64,000 bases of DNA. It comes from the human T2T-CHM13v2.0 reference genome, Homo sapiens. The stretch lies in the NCBI RefSeq assembly GCF_009914755.1, contig NC_060928.1, one strand, 5' to 3'. Both the position numbers and the translations under genes were made by a program. Positions 1 through 12,925 of this stretch are shown here, piece after piece (the first letter of the stretch is position 1; every line of letters begins with the position of its first letter). A model generated the notes under the pieces. That model ran no database searches. It was not told the origin of the DNA and worked only from the letters and a program-made list of their open reading frames with translations.

Positions 1-147
1 CATTGCTTCTCTATAATATGTTTTTCATCCTCTTCTCCTGTTTTTCTTTTCTACCACATATAACACTCCATTTGAAAAGGTGAAGCAAGATATTTTATGG
101 TGAGAGAAAAAGAAAATAAGGACAAGAAATAAACTCATCATTAGTGT

Positions 148-275
148 GTTCATTTTTGTAAGCAGGTACTCCTTAAGCAACTATTATGTGAATGGAGCTG
201 TGTTAAGCACTGCAGGTACAATAATGCACTACACTGTTGTGGTGCCAGCCATTTTAGGGCTTATAACCAAGTGAT
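148..275 (-). mobile_element. L2 3' end fragment, highly diverged
   Basis: ttcatt...taagcaactattatgtg...ctgtgttaagcactgcaggtaca resembles the antisense L2 3' terminus. Confidence 0.4.
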
Positions 276-589
276 TATGACCAGTGAGTGGTTCCATGAG
301 ACAGTAGCAATGGTTTCATGAAATACTGGAACAGATATGCTATTAGTAAAGGGATATTGGATAATCTAATATTTTATTATTATGTATACAATACATTTAG
401 ACTATGTGAAAATAAAATCAGTAACAGTTATCAATGGGATGTAGGGGTATTTTACAAAGAAAATAAGCCAAATCTATTTTGTAAAAGCTGATTTATTGAT
501 AGTAAAGCCCACTTCAAACTAGAAAAGAGAAAGGAGAAAAATAATACTGTACCACATACGAACTGATCTAGGTCATTTTGTGCTGTTAC

Positions 590-1170
590 ATTTTTTGTGT
601 GATAAAATATACATAACATAAAATTAACTATTTATCCACTTTTTAATGTACACTTTAGTGTCATTAAGTGCATTCACTACATTGTGCAACCATCACTACT
701 ACTATGCATCTCCACGTCTTTTTCATATTCCCAAACTGAAGCTCTGTACCCATTAGACAACTTCCCATTCCCATCTGCTTCCAGCCCCCTGTAACCTCTA
801 TTCTACTTCCTGTATCTATGTATTTGACTATTTTATGCACTTCAGATAAGTGAAACAATAGTTGCCTTTTGCCTCTGGTTCTGGTTTATTTCACTTAGCA
901 TAATGTATTCAAGATTCATTCATGTTGTAGTCTTTATCAGAATTTCATTTCTCTTTAAGGCTCAGTAGTAATCTCTTGCATGTATATACCACATTTTGTT
1001 TATCCACTGATGGACATTTTGTTTATCTGTTGATGGACATTTGGATAGCTTCCACCTTTTGGCTGTTTTGAATAATGCTGCTGTGAACATTGGTGTAAAA
1101 ATTTCCATTTGAGTCCATGCTTTTAATACTTTTAAACATATATTTGGAAGTGGAATTGCGGGATCATATG
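590..1170 (-). mobile_element. Old L1 (L1MB-type) 3' end
   Basis: Antisense L1M 3'UTR motifs (aaaatatacataacataaaatt, ttgtgcaaccatcac, cacttagcataatg, gatggacatttgg, ggaagtggaattgc-ggatcatatg). Confidence 0.85.
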
Positions 1171-1719
1171 TGTGCTATTAATTTTTAAGTGATTTTGTAT
1201 CAAAAATTATGAATATAAATTCAATTAATAAACACTTATAACAAATTGTTTTTAGTTTTTAAATAATTCTGCATAAATTAATCTAAGGAAAATTACATGA
1301 AGCAGTTATAAATCTGTGAGAGCAATGAAGATGGGAGGAATTATATATTCATATAGTTGTAAGTGAACAAAGTTTAAATTTGGGTTCCATAGAAATAGAG
1401 AAGACTTGCCCCACATGCTTGCAAAATTGAACTGGTCTTAATTATGCAAACATAGACTATTTTTTAAAATTTCGATAACAGTGTACTATCACAGCATATT
1501 GTTACACTGCTTTAAGTCACCATATATAAGAAATAAAGTAAAATAAAAGCTCCTAAGATATGTCTAATTATTCCCTTGCAAAGCTTGATACTGTAAATTT
1601 CCCTGGAATGGTGATATTCACATGTATTAAACAATATCACAAATTGGTGGGTTGATCTGGTACTTACTGAGCTAAATGCTCCCAAGAAGCAAATCACAGC
1701 AATATTTAAAAGTTTTAGG

Positions 1720-2065
<346 letters not shown>

Positions 2066-2359
2066 TTATAAAATAGCAGTAAATCAATAAAATTTGAAAG
2101 TGGGCAGCATGTTAACCTTTGAACCCATGTTTTACTTTAGGATTCTATTTAACAAATAAAGTTTGAGGCTGTATATTGTACAACTGTACAACTTTAGGTA
2201 ATGAGAGATGAGTTTGGAGAAGTAATGCTAGTAGATGCAGTCTTTATCTACTTTCTCCTGTGTAACTTGATTCTCGCCCAGTACTTGAAATACTGTCAAT
2301 ATACTGAACCTTCAATCAGTATTTCCAGTACTAAATCCTCAGTTGATACAGGTTCATGT

Positions 2360-2860
2360 ATCAAATTGCTTTCTGAACAGCTCCACTTAAATGTCTAATG
2401 GGTGTTTTACATTTAACGTTCTCAGTACACTCCTCCCTCTCCCAAACCTTGCCCCAGTAGCAGTCAGTTTTAGGAAATGGCCAAACCATGAACTCCAGTG
2501 ACACAAACAGTGGAATAAATCCTGAGTGGTATGTTTCCCTGACAGAAAGTGCTTCAGGAGCAAGTCAGCCCCTAAAACTCATAACAAATCCAGACACTTT
2601 TGGCTACTTATAGCTTTCCTAGTCTAGTCTATGTCACACTAGTCATATTCTCTCACTCGGACTTAGGAACATAGTATCCTAATTAGTTTCCTTTTTTTCT
2701 CTGATTGTCCTCTTCTTTTTCTCACCTATAATCCATTCACCACTCTCCTTAATTGCTGCTATAATTTTCTCTCACTTATTTAAAAATCCAAAATCTTTAT
2801 TATGGTTCTTTGTATGAATGGATCCTGCCCTCTTCTCCAACGTGCATCTTAACTTGCATG
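2360..2860 (+). mobile_element. L2 fragment
   Basis: ctccacttaaatgtctaatggg...tttaacgttctca and cctaattagtttcc motifs resemble the L2 3' region. Confidence 0.45.
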
Positions 2861-3057
2861 CAGACTTCAGAGTAATTAGCATTTTAAAAATTTTAATGTG
2901 TTAGTGTTTTGTTTTTCTATCAGTTTTCTTTATCATCTTCTTTAATGTTAGGTGATTAATTTTTTTAAGTGACAGCATGCCTATGGAGTAAATCATAACA
3001 TTAAAACTTGGTCAATTTCCTATCAATTTATTTTATATATGATGGATTTCAGTAGGT

Positions 3058-3372
3058 AAATGATTCAATTTTGGCCAGAAGTGTGCTGAGTGACTTCTGG
3101 GTAAGAGTTTATTTTCCTGAAATTAAAAAAAAGAGAAATGAGGAAAAGAAGTATCTTTTCTTCCTACCTGGAGTGCCATTATAACAAGAAATGGTGCTTT
3201 GAAATGTATCAGTCATCTTGTAAGAAAGACTGTCAGTGTAAAGACAAAAAATAAATGAAAAAACAAGCAGAAATATGCTGAAGCTGGCAGGACATCTGGG
3301 TCTTTGGTGATACTGGTATACAGAGTGAACCAATTTGAAATTTCTTATAATGTGAAATTAAAAATCTATTAA
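3058..3372 (+). mobile_element. Old MaLR LTR fragment (MLT1K/L-like)
   Basis: ttggccagaagtgtgctgagtgacttctggg and ctgggtctttggtgatac motifs. Confidence 0.45.
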
Positions 3373-3377
3373 GATAT

Positions 3378-3865
3378 TGTATCAATTATCTATTGCTGAT
3401 TAACAACTTGCCTTAAAATTTAGTCACTTAAAATAACAATTCCTTGTTGCTCCAAAATTCTATATATTGGGTCTGCAGTTCTTTTGATCTTGGTCAAGCT
3501 AGATTGATCTTGGCTGGACTTGATCATGCAACCATGATCATCTAACAAATCAGCTGCATTTCACTTTGGCTCTTCTTGGCTGAGCTTTCTCATATAAGTT
3601 TTGGGTCCATGGCTTGCACAAATGAGATAAATAAACTAAGTTCTGCATAATGTTTTATCTTCCAACAGGCTAGTTTGGGCTTGTTGTCATGGAAATAGCA
3701 GGAGTCCCAACTACAAGAGTTGCAGTGTCAAGGCCTCATCTTATAACTGGCACATAGTCACTTCCACCATATTCTTTTTGCTAAAGAAAGTCACAAAGTC
3801 AGCCCACGTTCAAGTAGAGGGGAAATTGACTCCACCACTTGATGTGAAGAGTTGGAATATCATAG
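3378..3865 (-). mobile_element. MaLR LTR (MLT1G/H-like)
   Basis: Starts tgtatcaattatctattgctg; contains ccaacaggctagtttgggcttgtt, gtcacttccaccatattct, aagtcacaaagtcagccc, gactccaccacttgatg. Confidence 0.75.
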
Positions 3866-4345
3866 TTATTGTTTCCTGTGAATTGCCATAGCATATTTCC
3901 TCACACTAACAACTCTGTATTTCTTCCCGAATTCTGAAATATTCTTTTGTTGGCTCTTCCTATACTGGATTCATTACATTAAGTTTTCCATTTAAGTGTT
4001 ATTTCCTTAGAAAGACTTTATCATTTGTCAAATAGCTCTATTCTCTTCATCAGTTACTCTATTTTCTCAATAGAATATGAACTTTGTAAAAACAGGAACT
4101 TTACTTTGTTTATGCCAGTAGTTTATATACATTTTCTGTTATGTGAAAAGTACAAAATGTTTTTTTCATGGTTAAAGAAATAAAAGAATAAATATGTTAT
4201 CACTGCAATGAGAAGAGTGATTTTTTATTTTCCCAACTTGTTTTATGTGTTTATGAGAGTAGACTTTATTATTAGTTTGGAAATGGGTAATGAGGGGAAT
4301 AAATACTATAAATCTCAATCATTTTAATCAGTCCTTTGCCATTGA

Positions 4346-4537
4346 TACACACACACACAGACACACACACACACACACACACATACACACACTCACACTA
4401 TATTTATATATGTATATAGTCCCAACTACATGAGTTGCAGGAGTCCCAACTACATGAGCATATATATATATATATGTAGCGTGTGTGTGTATATGTATAT
4501 ATATGGAAAATATATAATTATATATGCATATATGTGT
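4346..4537. repeat. Compound (CA)n/(TA)n/(TG)n microsatellite interrupted by a 41-bp insertion
   Basis: Read directly. Confidence 0.95.
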
Positions 4538-4659
4538 AATTATTTTGACAAATTAGAACAAATATATTCACTCTTCTAATTCTTGAACTTGTTTACATAT
4601 TTTTTCCTGCATACAATGTATATCCACCATTTTTCTTTTTAGTATATAGGTTTTTCTTT

Positions 4660-4935
4660 TTTTATTTCCAAGCAAATATCATCTTTTAAAAAAATTTTTG
4701 TGTTCCTACTAGATAAGCTGTTTTCCTCCACTGGATCTCTTTAATTATCTCTTTGTATACCTAATGTGGAACTTGGCATACCTTGTTTTTTCAGTTATCC
4801 AAACATTGATTTATGTCCCCACAAGTTAAAAGGTAATTTTCTGAAAATCTGAGTCTGTCTTACTCTCATTTCTTTATTTACTATAATTTATTACATGTAT
4901 ATAGCAAGCCATCAATAAATACTCATTAATTTGAG
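4660..4935 (+). mobile_element. L2 3' end fragment
   Basis: Ends gtctgtcttactctcatttc...atagcaagccatcaataaatactcatt, like the L2 terminus. Confidence 0.45.
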
Positions 4936-6267
4936 TTTAAGTATGTGATATATAGTCAGTCTGATAGCATAGATGTCTGATTTAATTTTGAAACTAATTG
5001 TAAGATGAAATGCAGTTTCTATTTTTGCCTTATTGAATTTGATTATGCTACTTAAAACTTAATGTCCCTGTGCAATCTCTCTAAAGGAGGTTCTTACTTT
5101 TTGTAATTTTGCAAGCTACAATAACATTGCATAGGCACATTGATACAATGGCCTAGTTTGCTTTCTCCTAGCAATTGTTTAAAGCTTGTTCCATGTTCCT
5201 ACTTCTGTTGGCTTTCTCTCCTTCATTATATCTTATTTCCCATTATGCTGCCTTCCAATCACTGAATTCCATTCCCACTGGCTCAGTGCTGGGATCTCAT
5301 CTTTCTCAAATTCCCAGAACCTTCCCAGATAAACACCTTCAGTTACAATCACTCCTTTCCTCTTCAACAGAGGCCCCTAACAATAAACAACTTACTCAAC
5401 AGGTAGCTGAAAAATGATTCTCAGATGAGCTTAGTGTAACAAGGAACTTGGATGTAATATGTTTTTTACTCTTTGAATTCCCATTAATCTCCTCATTGTA
5501 GAGGAGTAGACTTTGATTTTGCCCATAAGCAGAACTTAGGCAGTGTGATGTCTAGTACAGAAATGTTCTGCAGTATTAAATATATCCCATCATGTACTAA
5601 GAAGCTACTTCAGCAGCATAATAAACTAAACACCACTATGGTGTCAACATAAATGAGTAAACAACAAATAAATATTTAACACATAAAAATAAAATTTTAG
5701 ATTTTGATTTATATAAGGTATTTATAAATGTGTCCTCTTAAAGTATTTTTTGAGGATGAGAAACTGAAAAGTAGTTCCAAATATACACAATTTCAAGAAC
5801 AAGAGGATTTAGAAACTTCCATTTATAAATACCTCCAAACACAGACAAAAATATGAGCTTGAAGATGTCTACCAACTTCCCCATTCTGTCTCTTGTCTTC
5901 CTTTTTTCTTTGAGAATCTTAGACTCTACACCCACATACTATCCTCCATTCTGTTCCTGAAGAGTCTTGAACTCAGGACCTAACAGATTTAAAGTTATAA
6001 TAAAGATCTTATTTTTTACAAGGCCGTGTGAATATTAGTTGGTACAACTGAAAGTCAAATAGATATCAAACATTCAAAAAAACAAAGAAAGAAAAAAATA
6101 ACATACCATAAAATAATTGACAAAGGTTTCACTCTTTGGACAGAGAATGCTACCTTCCCTCTCCTTTAGATTTCTCTATGAAGGTCATTGTCAACTCAGC
6201 CAACCTATTAATTTAGCTGCTTAGCCCAAAGTTGTGTTTCCTTCTTTGTTACAAAAATCCATCTCTC

Positions 6268-6325
6268 TGTGTGTGTGTGTGTGTGCATGTGTGTGTGTTA
6301 TGTGACAGAGAGAAAGAGAGAGAGA
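6268..6325. repeat. (TG)n followed by (GA)n microsatellite
   Basis: Read directly. Confidence 0.9.
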
Positions 6326-6477
6326 TGAATTGAAAGAGAGTGAGATAAGAGAAAAAAAGAATAATTTTAACAAAATCTACACTGACACAGGTAAATTTCA
6401 AATAATGCAAAAACTATAATAGTATATACCATATTATGAAATCGTGAAAAAAATATGAGTCTGTTTTAAAATAACTA

Positions 6478-6562
6478 TTCTCTCTGAGTCTCTCTCTCTC
6501 TTTCTCTCATGCATTCACATATACATACACACATACACACATACGATTATACACACATACTC
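6478..6562. repeat. (TC)n / degenerate (CA)n microsatellite
   Basis: Read directly. Confidence 0.8.
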
Positions 6563-6569
6563 ACAAGCT

Positions 6570-7631
6570 TTCATTCTCAAATAGTAGACTAGAATGCTCA
6601 GAGAAGACCAGGTCATTCTGAAATCTTACCTGAAGTCTTAATGTTTCATCAAAGTCCCTAACTATGCTCCCCATCAGTAGCTCCCCTATCTCTTATTCTC
6701 CAAAATGCTTGACTACAACATTTGAGCGGTTATTCCTTTTCCTTTATCTTCCATTAAAAAATCTGAAGAGGACTCTAGAAAATATGTCCTCCTTCTGAGG
6801 GAGCAAGGGAGATTAGAATACATTTTCCAACCTTTATTCTGTCTGCAGAATATTAGATGTTCCAAAGTCATTTTAAGTCCTAAATTGCCATAGTCCATTT
6901 GAATCCAGTACTGTGTCCCTGTTGGCAGAACCATTCTCTAAAACTGCAATGGAATTTTTAAAATTGATTTTCTTATTTATAGTCATCTTAACATACCTGT
7001 AGTTACATCCATGATATTTTGCATATGCAAGCCTATCTCTAAATTAAAATAGTTTTATTAAACTACCAGACATTCATGTAAAAGTCCATCCTTGGTCTCT
7101 TTCCATGGAGCTCTTTTGTCCAACTGAAAGGAATTATGGCATGTTGCTTAATTAGTTGGTTTCAATGAGGATATGAAAGCTATTCTCTGGATTTTGTCTA
7201 AATCAAAGACTGACTCCTAATTGGACTTGTCACTCAAAGCATTTCTTAATTTATCTTTTATAAGTTGGATATGAAAAATACTTACATCTTAATCCTGCAA
7301 GTCCGATAATTTCTGGATTTTTTCTCTTTTAATTCTTCTAAGCTGGCCAATGCTTTTCTGAGCTCATCTTTTTCTTGTAGCACTTTTTGTAGCTCTAGTA
7401 AATGTAGCTAATTAGTGGTTGGGGGAGAGAGTGATATGCTAGTAACATCACCAGGAGCCTGTTTGCTTAATCAATCGCCTTTTAGGTACTTGCAGCTAAT
7501 AGTTTTACCAAATGGTTTGTTACTGCATTTTATTCAACCTTTAATAATAAATCCCTTGCTGCCTTGAGCCCGACTCCAAAACCAAAGCCACATAATTTAA
7601 TAAAAGCTTTCTATTTATAAGTAATGATTAC
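6570..7631 (-). mobile_element. Probable MLT1 internal sequence adjoining the MLT1J LTR
   Basis: gctcatctttttcttgtagcactttt and ccaaagccacata motifs typical of antisense MaLR-int next to the LTR; left boundary uncertain. Confidence 0.35.
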
Positions 7632-7928
7632 TTTATTACTTAGCTCTTGCTGGGCTAAGTTGTGATATCAAGAGACATGAAAGTCTCGAAATCATAATGG
7701 TGAAAACAAAAAGATTTACTTGATTTTCTCCTTACGTGGTGGTAACAAGTAGACTACCGCTCTGTTCAATGTCCTGTTTAATCCAGAGCCCAGGGTAAAG
7801 AGGCAGCCTTGTTTGAGTACATGGTGGCCTCATGGCAGAGGGAAGAGAGCTGTAGCAACCATTAAATGGATCTTTCATCTTTTACTCAGAATTTGCAAAA
7901 ACTTTAAATCATGTTCCATTAGCCCAGG

Positions 7929-8603
<675 letters not shown>

Positions 8604-11600
8604 CCAGCTAAGTCACATCCTCAACCCTGACAGTAGCGGTGTGAAGTATATTCCTCCCACAGAGAAGCAGTGGGTGTTATATGGTATTAGCAAGGAATAT
8701 ATGAGCTGCTTTGATGAAGACAGCAATAATTTTGAACAATAATCTTATCTAGCATGGGTATTTTGCTGGCTAAGTGTGAAGAGATATAAAAATAATTTTA
8801 AACTTGGTTCCAATTTTCACTTGACCTAGTATTTTAATTGTAATCAGCATTTATTATCTAGACTGGTATAACACACATCCAAATTCCTAAAATCTGTGAG
8901 CTTTTTAATGGAATAAAAAAGATGAAAACAAAACAGATTCCAGAAGCACTGAAAATATAATTATAATTATTCAAAAGCAAAATTATTAAAGATATACTTC
9001 AATTTTACATTTTTAGATATGGGCCATTAGCTGTGAAAATGTAAGTTGTATAATAGGTGTGTCTTTGGACTCGTGGGTGAAGCCTCCAATATCAAAAAGT
9101 CTTGTACGATACATTTATATTTTAACAATTAATATGTTGTCCCATATAAGTTAACATAGATATATGAGTATTCACCAATCATGAGCCCTGTTCTTCACAA
9201 AATGTTTAATCTTTAAGGAAAGACGGAGGTGGAAAGATACTTCCAATTATGAACATTGACTAATAAAAGCAGAGACTTAAGGGATAAGTAAGGTAGTAGA
9301 TCTCCAGAGATGGTAGAAATGGATATTTTAAGAAGAAAAGGGTAATAAGCCCTAAAATAAATCTCAAAACTTTTTTTCATTAATTTAAATAGAAGAAACA
9401 GGATGTTGTTAGCTACTTATTCATCTTAGAAATTCTTGCATGGTTTAATCGGCCCTGCATATACATGGAGTGACAGGTGATAATTCCCTCCCTACTGTTC
9501 CGAATTAGGGGGCCAGAATACCACTTCCCTTCTTTTCTCATGGTCTTACTGGAATTACATTGTGTTTTGATGGTAGCTGGTTTAAGGCAAAAGACATAAA
9601 GGGAATACTAATGGTCTACATTTATGTGGTTTGAAGAAATCATATATTGCTATATATTAAAGGTATCAATGTAAATATAATTATGCCCTTTTGCTACTTC
9701 AAAATTTGACTGTAACATTGAGGGCTATGGTTTTAAAACTGGTTATGTGAGCAGAAATGCATGGTTCCTGAAACTATTTCCACATGCCCTGAGGTTTAGT
9801 AGAAGCTTCAAATTTCCTACTGTTTTTCCAATTGAACTTCAGTGCTTATCTAAGGTCCATGTTAAAGTAGCTCAAAAGCTTTCTTGTAAAAAAAAAAAAA
9901 AGATATCCATAGCTAAAGTGTAGTTGAAAACCTCCATGAAATTCTTTACCTTCACATACCATATTTTTATGTTCTGTTTCCTCTTTATAACCATTTAAAA
10001 CAATCTTGAAGCATTTTGTTAACTTTATTATGTTTTCTTTGCCCAGATGCTTTATTCAGTCTACAACTCCCACATTTTACATAACACCACTTATCACATT
10101 GTACATTTATTTTCTTAGCAGTATGGAGAACAAAATTTCACAACTGGCCATGAAACAAGGGCACATGGAGAACTGGGGCAAATTTAGTATTTGGGAGTGT
10201 ACCTCAGTGAGATAGAAATATATCTAATTGATATAGACAAGGTCTAGATAATAAGTAAGAAGGAGATGTCTCTTGCATGCACAATCTTCCACTAAAAGCA
10301 CTTGAAAGGGTTAAATTTTGAGACAAAAGAGACAACTCTAAAACTTCAGGATCTCAGCTTACTCTTGGTCATTGCTCATGCTCTACCAGACATTGCCCCA
10401 AACAGCTAAAAGTGTAAGCCTTGATCTCTGTGGTATTTTACAACTTCAAAGCAAAGGAGCTCAGAGATGGAAAACTGAGGCTCAAAGAAGTCAGGACAAT
10501 GTGGTATTGGAAAAGAAGAACCCTTAAAATACCAATTGATCTTTCCTCCTACCTTTAAGTTGAATGGCTCATAAATTATCTCATATGTCTCTACATCTTA
10601 CAAGAAATAAAATTCTATGGTTACATGGTCCTCTGACTAAAATTCCATTAGAAATCTACAGACAAAAATCTCTTCTTCATGTCTCTCATATTAAGTCTAA
10701 GCTACATCTGACTTCAGCGAAGATGGCAAACAGCTGTTCCTCTTCCTTAAGCTCACCGTATATTTAGCAAAAACTCTATTAAACAGCCCTTCCTCTCTCT
10801 TCCTTAAGCTGAAATCAAATTATATTTTATCATTATTTTAGCTTGGCATTTATCTTACACAATTAGCCTCTTTTTCTTATTAATGTTGTGTGTTTTTTTA
10901 CAAGGATTTTTGTAGGTCATGTGAGTCAGTGCAACATGAAGATAAATTGCTCACAGTAGGGAAAAAAATAGCAAAAAAGATGGGATTGACGAAGAGGAAA
11001 GGAAATTGGTCAGGTTAGCTAATGAGCCAAGAATGTGAGAAGATATATTTACTGACTTTTTTTTTCTTCCTTTCTGCATCTATAAAGTATCTCCATTTAA
11101 CAACCTCCTGGGTTTACAAATGTGTAACAAGAAAAAAAAATTTGAAGAATACTTTTCTGTCCCTAATTACCAATTTTGCCCTGGCAACCATCTACTAAAA
11201 CTAATAATAAAAAGAAGAAGCATGACTTGTTTCTCCTACAGTTGGCTGAATTTAGTTAAATTAAAAATAAAGTGTTATTGACATTAGCTTCAGAAGATAA
11301 AGATCCAAAGCTGACTTGAGCAGTGAGTTAACCAGAAAGTGATTAAATTCTGTGAATATATATGATGGGCCTTATGTCCGAAAGATTTTTATATTGACTC
11401 TTCTTATGGGCCTTGTTTTAAAAGATCCCAGAACAAATATCTAACAATAATCTAAGGCAATGGCTAATGGAAATGCCACCTTTACAGCTCAAGGGTAACA
11501 TATTTGTTTAAGAAATAGGTGTACTAGCCTTCCCTGAGACTCTTTTTCCATAATTAATGAGTTGATTAATTATATGTGTACTATAAATGATGGTGTCTGG

Positions 11601-12184
11601 ATAATGATTACTGACCCATATGCAGTTCCCAAACCACAGCAAACTTCGAAAATTCAATTACAAGGTCCAGATGCTGTATACTGCATATGTAAACTGTTTC
11701 AGGAAGGAAGATTGCATATTAATAACATAGTCTATGTGGGTTATCTCTGCAGCCTAGTGAATATTTTGCAGAAATAGTTCCTGGGGAAAGCAAAAGGTAT
11801 ACAGAAACTAGACTGTTTCAAGTTTATTTCAACCTACAGCTACATTACATGTTTACTTTTATCATAATTAGTATGTTTGTTTCAATTATTAAAATCTCTT
11901 TTTTTATAATTACTTGTTAGATTAATATAGTTCAAAGATAAAAATAAATCTGAAGTATCAAGCCGTGTATTCTTGATACTGCAGAATATTATGTCATTTT
12001 TATGTGCTCAAACTGACTCCCTTCTGATTGTATAGAGTACAGAATAGCAACTGACATTTTTTGGAAAAGTGTAAAAACCAACACTTTGGTAAATGAACAC
12101 CAACCGGAATCTATATCTAGTAGTAGATATGTACAATTTTGTTTTAAAAAATTAGCATTTATTAAGCTTTACTACTTACTATAG

Positions 12185-12315
12185 TTATTAATTCAGTTTA
12201 ACTATTTACCAATCACATATTTTCTAGGCACCTCTTATGAACCAGGATCTGTACTCGGTGTCCCAGTTATAAAGTAAAACAGCCCATCCTTCCTGCACTC
12301 AAGGAGACAGCTCCA
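12185..12315 (-). mobile_element. L2 3' end fragment
   Basis: ggcacctcttatgaaccaggatctgtact...ttcctgcactcaaggag. Confidence 0.5.
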
Positions 12316-12319
12316 TAAG

Positions 12320-12463
12320 TGGGGAGCTTGTTAAAAATGAAGAATTTGGGGAACTATTCACAGAGATTTTTATTAAGTTACATTGAAAAAAGCCTGGGAA
12401 TAGCTATGATCTCCTGTCTGGTGATTTGGATGTGATAGTCTCAAACATATTTTGAAATATACT
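12320..12463. mobile_element. MER5-type hAT-Charlie DNA transposon fragment
   Basis: ggggagcttgttaaaaatg...cagagatt...gcctgggaat...ggtgatt...tttgaaatatact. Confidence 0.6.
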
Positions 12464-12789
12464 TGCCCAAAGAATGGAGAAAGACCCAGCCATCCCTCCT
12501 TATGTGGCTGCTGAGGGAGATATATGTATAATAAAAAAACTGCCAAAAACAAAGTCTCTTGGTTTTTTTTTTCCTTTATTTTTTTCTACCACTTAGTTCA
12601 CATCATATTTTTTTCTATTTAATAGTTTTCTGCTGTTAGCCAAGAAAACAGGAAATTTGGATGCTCCGTTCCACACCAAATGAATCAGGACCTCCAGGTG
12701 GGAAAAAAAAAAAAAGTGGAGATCTGCTTTTTCTTCTTTCTTCTTTTTCTTTCTTCTTTTCATTAATCTCTATTTGGAGAAACACTGGT

Positions 12790-12925
12790 CTTGGAAATGA
12801 ATTGACATAGTAACGTGACCTTAGACAAATCAATTAAGTTTCTTGACCCCTGACTTTTTTTTTTTCATCTGTATAATGCTGTTTTTACTATGGATTTATT
12901 AATGTCCTTCCAGCTCTGATATTTT
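12790..12925 (+). mobile_element. MIR fragment
   Basis: gtgaccttagacaaatcaattaa...tttcatctgtataatg...gtccttccagctctga. Confidence 0.65.

Noticed and set aside
996-1042. ~23-bp tandem duplication tgtttatcNNNtgatggacatt
   Set aside because: Small slippage duplication within the old L1MB; unremarkable
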